Assembly: GCA_965367705.1 (NCBI GenBank)
Contig: CBDUKC010000001.1
Span: forward strand, 1-49,126
Length of the DNA: 49,126 nt
DNA from: an uncultured Maribacter sp.
Lineage (GTDB): Bacteria > Bacteroidota > Bacteroidia > Flavobacteriales > Flavobacteriaceae
Reading direction: 5' to 3'
Under the pieces are notes generated by a model, which made no database searches, was not told the origin of the DNA, and was given only the letters and a program-made list of their open reading frames with translations. The translations under genes and the position numbers were made by a program. Shown one piece after another: positions 45,815 through 49,126 of the stretch (position 1 is its first letter; each line of letters starts with the position of its first letter).

Positions 45815-47122
45815 ATGAAAAGTGTTGGGGTATTTGGCAGATTGCATGTATTGAGTTTATCAATGGCATTTTGCATTGGCCTTTTGCCATGGAGTGAGAA
45901 ATGGAATACAATAAGCATAATTGTTCTTCTTACAGGGGTTTTGTTGGATATTGCCTTTAAGAAGCAAAGGTATAGGTTGGATTTAACGAAATTTTTTATA
46001 GGTGCTGGTATTTTTTTTGTTGCGCTTGCTTGGCTTCCTTTTTCGGATGACCTAAGTACTGGCTGGTCATACTTAGAGCGTATTTTGACGGCATTGTTCT
46101 TTCCTTTGCTGTTCTCGCTTGTGGTTAAGTATTATGCATTAGACTTACGATATATCTTTTTTGCCTTTTTGTCTTCATGCTTTATTAGATATCTCTATTT
46201 TTTAGTAGGCTTTCTTGATTTTGAGCTCCTATTCATCCTAGATTATTGGAAAGAAATTCTCATCCAGTTTAATCAGTTTTTCAAGGAAGAAGCGTTACAT
46301 CCATCTTATTTTTCTATGTATTTAGGTTTTTGTTCGATTATTTGTTTTTACTTTTTTAGAATGACAAAATCTTCGGGCCTAAAACTATTTTGGATTATAT
46401 CCTTGTTTGTATTTCTTTTGATAAATCTCTCCTTAGCTTCAAAAATGCCGTTCGTTGCTACTATTGTTGCACTTGTTTTTGGGTTGTTTTTTCATGTATA
46501 TAAAACAACTGGTGTTAGGGGAAAGAAAAGATATTTAGCGGTGTTAACAGTAGGGATAGTGATATTTGGAATTTACGTTTACAAAGTACCTAATGCTATC
46601 AAGCAAGATATAGGGAATTACTATGATTATTTTTTTGAGAAGGATTTGGAAAATGCATTTGACTATGGTCAATACGGCACAACCTATTCTTTGGATACTT
46701 GGAACAAGACCAATAGGATACATATTTGGAATTCAAGTATCTCCATATTAAAAGCTAATTTTTTATTTGGTGTAGGCACTGGAGACATAAGTAATGAATT
46801 GAACAAACAGTACATATTTGATAATCAACCCTATTTAGCTACTAAAGACGCCAATACCCACAATCAATATTTAGACTATTTGATTAAGTTTGGCATGTTT
46901 GGTTTTGCCGTACTGGTATTTTGCTTTTATGCCTATGTTAAAAAAGCCCTTGACACATCTAATTTTACATATTTGATGTTTTTGATTTTAGTTCTTACCT
47001 GTATGTTAACTGAAAATATCTTGAGCAGGCAATTGGGTATTGTTTTCTTTTTTTTCTTCCAAAGTTTGTTTTTCTTTTTGGGAAGTAAAGATTTCAAAAC
47101 GGTTTCTGGAGAAAAAGGATGA
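45815..47122 (+). CDS. O-antigen ligase (WaaL/Wzy_C) family protein
   Basis: HPSYFS, ASK, RIHIW..FGVGTGD, NTHNQYL..FG, TENILSRQLG. Confidence 0.85.
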   Translation: MKSVGVFGRLHVLSLSMAFCIGLLPWSEKWNTISIIVLLTGVLLDIAFKKQRYRLDLTKFFIGAGIFFVALAWLPFSDDLSTGWSYLERILTALFFPLLFSLVVKYYALDLRYIFFAFLSSCFIRYLYFLVGFLDFELLFILDYWKEILIQFNQFFKEEALHPSYFSMYLGFCSIICFYFFRMTKSSGLKLFWIISLFVFLLINLSLASKMPFVATIVALVFGLFFHVYKTTGVRGKKRYLAVLTVGIVIFGIYVYKVPNAIKQDIGNYYDYFFEKDLENAFDYGQYGTTYSLDTWNKTNRIHIWNSSISILKANFLFGVGTGDISNELNKQYIFDNQPYLATKDANTHNQYLDYLIKFGMFGFAVLVFCFYAYVKKALDTSNFTYLMFLILVLTCMLTENILSRQLGIVFFFFFQSLFFFLGSKDFKTVSGEKG

Positions 47123-47479
47123 GTAGTGTCTGCAAACACTATAGAAACAGCAGAGGTATTATTGAAATTAAACTTAACTTTGACAAAGAAAATTTAATTA
47201 AAAAGAAGATACATCTTACGATACAAATCTTAGTTGAGGATATCGATTGAAAAGACATGTAAGGTAGAAAACTGTCGTCAGATTTTAGTCGTAAATTATG
47301 CCAGATTGTGGTTTTTGCAAAACTAAAAGCAAGTATGACCAGAATATAACGTATTAATTCGATGAGTCGTTTCAAACGTTCCAATCGTTAAATTTTAATA
47401 AATAATAGATTCCATTTGTAATTTTATTGATATACATTATTACAATTGGCGCTGAAACATTTAGTATAAAATAAGTAAA

Positions 47480-48844
47480 ATGGCCAGACGCTCTATATTA
47501 AACTCACTAGAACGTAAATTCATTCTTTTAATAGGAGATTTACTTATAGTCATAGCTAGTCTGAATTTTTTTGTTCTAGATGTTATAGATATACAATTTG
47601 TTTCTGTTAAACTAAATGTGGTCGTATTTAGCTTTGGGACCTTATCTTTCTTTGCGCTATCTTATATTTTAGACTTTTATAATTTACAAAGAACATTAAA
47701 ACGTAAGTACGTAGTGTCCCAAGCCCTATATATTACAGCTTTGTTCGTGTTAACTGTATTTATCTTCACACTAATACTTTTTGATGCAAGCTTTTGGATA
47801 AAGTATCTTCTAATATTTTTATTATTGACACCCATCGAAGTTGCGTTGTGGCGACTTTTTTTCGTGAATGTTTTTAGGATTATTCCTACTACAAGAAATG
47901 TTTTGTTCATTTATGATATGGAGAATCAGTCTGAAGTTAAGGATGTGACCAATATTATTGATGGAGGTGATGAGGAAACATTTTATAGGGTGAAATTAAC
48001 CTACAATATCAATCAACATATTCCCATAAGAAAGAATTTTTTAAAGGCTACGGATAAGATAGATTCTTGGATTCTTAATGTTAAGAACTACAACGACCTT
48101 CCAGAAGATATCGAGAAGATGATTCTAAAGAGTATTCTAAAAGGGAGGGAAGTTATATCGTTTACCTCTTTTTATGAGAACACGTATGAGGCTTTACCCA
48201 TACAATCCCATAACGATAGTTTTTATGAGATACTCCAGCTTAGGAATAAAAAAATAAGGTATTTACAGACTATTTTCGGCTTTAGCATTAATTTTACTTT
48301 GGCATTGTTTGTAGGTGTTGTCTTTTTATTTTGCACTCCTTTTGTATGGTTTTGTAACCTATTCTTTAATAGAGGCCCTTTGTTTTACACCCAAAAAAGG
48401 GTAGGCTTACATGGAAAGGAGTTTAAGATTTACAAATTTAGGTCTATGGTTGTGGATGCTGAAAAGACAGGTGCTAAAATGGCAACAAAAAACGATGCAA
48501 GAATTACCCCGTTTGGAAGAATTTTAAGGGCATTTAGGATAGACGAATTACCTCAAATTATATCAGTTGTAAAAGGTGATATGCAATTTATAGGGCCTAG
48601 GCCAGAGCGGAAAGTATTCGTAAACCAACTTAACGACCGTGTGCCTTTCTATGCTGCTCGGCATTTAATCCGTCCGGGTATCACCGGATGGGCACAGGTG
48701 AAGTATAAGTACGGGGAGAACTTGGATGATTCTATAAAAAAGCTGGAATACGACTTATATTATATTAAAAATAGGTCTATTACCTTGGACATTAGAATAG
48801 TATTCAAAACGATAACAACGGTGCTGTTTTCTAGAGGAATGTAA
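47480..48844 (+). CDS. Priming undecaprenyl-phosphate sugar phosphotransferase (WcaJ/WbaP-like)
   Basis: Four N-terminal TMs; [46 protein letters not shown]. Confidence 0.93.
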   Translation: MARRSILNSLERKFILLIGDLLIVIASLNFFVLDVIDIQFVSVKLNVVVFSFGTLSFFALSYILDFYNLQRTLKRKYVVSQALYITALFVLTVFIFTLILFDASFWIKYLLIFLLLTPIEVALWRLFFVNVFRIIPTTRNVLFIYDMENQSEVKDVTNIIDGGDEETFYRVKLTYNINQHIPIRKNFLKATDKIDSWILNVKNYNDLPEDIEKMILKSILKGREVISFTSFYENTYEALPIQSHNDSFYEILQLRNKKIRYLQTIFGFSINFTLALFVGVVFLFCTPFVWFCNLFFNRGPLFYTQKRVGLHGKEFKIYKFRSMVVDAEKTGAKMATKNDARITPFGRILRAFRIDELPQIISVVKGDMQFIGPRPERKVFVNQLNDRVPFYAARHLIRPGITGWAQVKYKYGENLDDSIKKLEYDLYYIKNRSITLDIRIVFKTITTVLFSRGM

Positions 48845-48845
48845 C

Positions 48846-49126
48846 ATGGAGAAAATATTAATTACTGGCGCAGCAGGTTTTTTGGGATCACATTTGTGTG
48901 ATAGGTTTATCAAAGAAGGTTATCATGTCATTGGTATGGATAACTTGATTACCGGGGATCTTAAAAACATAGCCCATCTATTTCCTTTGGAACATTTTGA
49001 GTTTCACCATCATGATGTGTCCAAGTTTGTTCATGTATCTGGCAAACTGGATTATATTCTACACTTTGCTTCTCCGGCAAGTCCAATAGACTATTTAAAG
49101 ATTCCGATACAAACACTCAAAGTAGG
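48846..49126 (+). CDS. UDP-glucuronic acid decarboxylase family SDR (5' part, truncated by window end)
   Basis: Manual translation [52 protein letters not shown]; not in the ORF track. Confidence 0.88.
   Translation, partial: MEKILITGAAGFLGSHLCDRFIKEGYHVIGMDNLITGDLKNIAHLFPLEHFEFHHHDVSKFVHVSGKLDYILHFASPASPIDYLKIPIQTLKV

Noticed and set aside
47048-47055. T8 run in the waaL-like gene (and A8 at 15081-15088) as phase-variation tracts
   Set aside because: Short A/T runs encoding Phe/Lys are expected in AT-rich genes and the frames are intact.
47139-47384. 81-aa minus-strand ORF in the waaL-priming transferase gap
   Set aside because: AT-rich, low-information translation in a probable promoter region; no supporting signals.
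1-49126. CRISPR arrays, IS elements, prophage, invertible promoter
   Set aside because: No regularly spaced DNA repeats, transposase, integrase, invertase or phage gene cluster was seen by eye.

Overview
Flavobacteriaceae-like (Bacteroidota) chromosomal segment, judged from gene content and TAnnTTTG promoter boxes. No CRISPR array, IS element or prophage is visible. Left arm: a ~4570-aa SprB-repeat surface protein with a type B T9SS C-terminal domain, followed by a PorP/SprF-family gene. Middle: folB, tRNA-Cys, DoxX, holB, pgk, LysM lytic transglycosylase, a lipoprotein, a 58-aa membrane protein missed by the ORF track, a SPOR/TPR/PD40/OmpA protein, tatA, an M23 peptidase, a GH3-family enzyme and a DUF6909-like protein. 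Right arm (29.4 kb onward): a surface-polysaccharide locus with wzz-like, rfbB, rfbA, wzx, wzy-like, waaL-like, a priming transferase and a partial UDP-GlcA decarboxylase. The best candidate for an undescribed system is inside this locus: a tightly coupled six-gene cassette (CMP-ulosonate cytidylyltransferase, YhcH/NanQ, HpcH aldolase, SDR, HAD phosphatase, D-2-hydroxyacid dehydrogenase) with no NeuB/KdsA synthase in the window. It is accompanied by a sialyltransferase-like GT, an antisense tailspike-like beta-helix protein, and two proteins sharing a small domain I cannot name. All family calls come from motif recognition by eye; no database searches were run.
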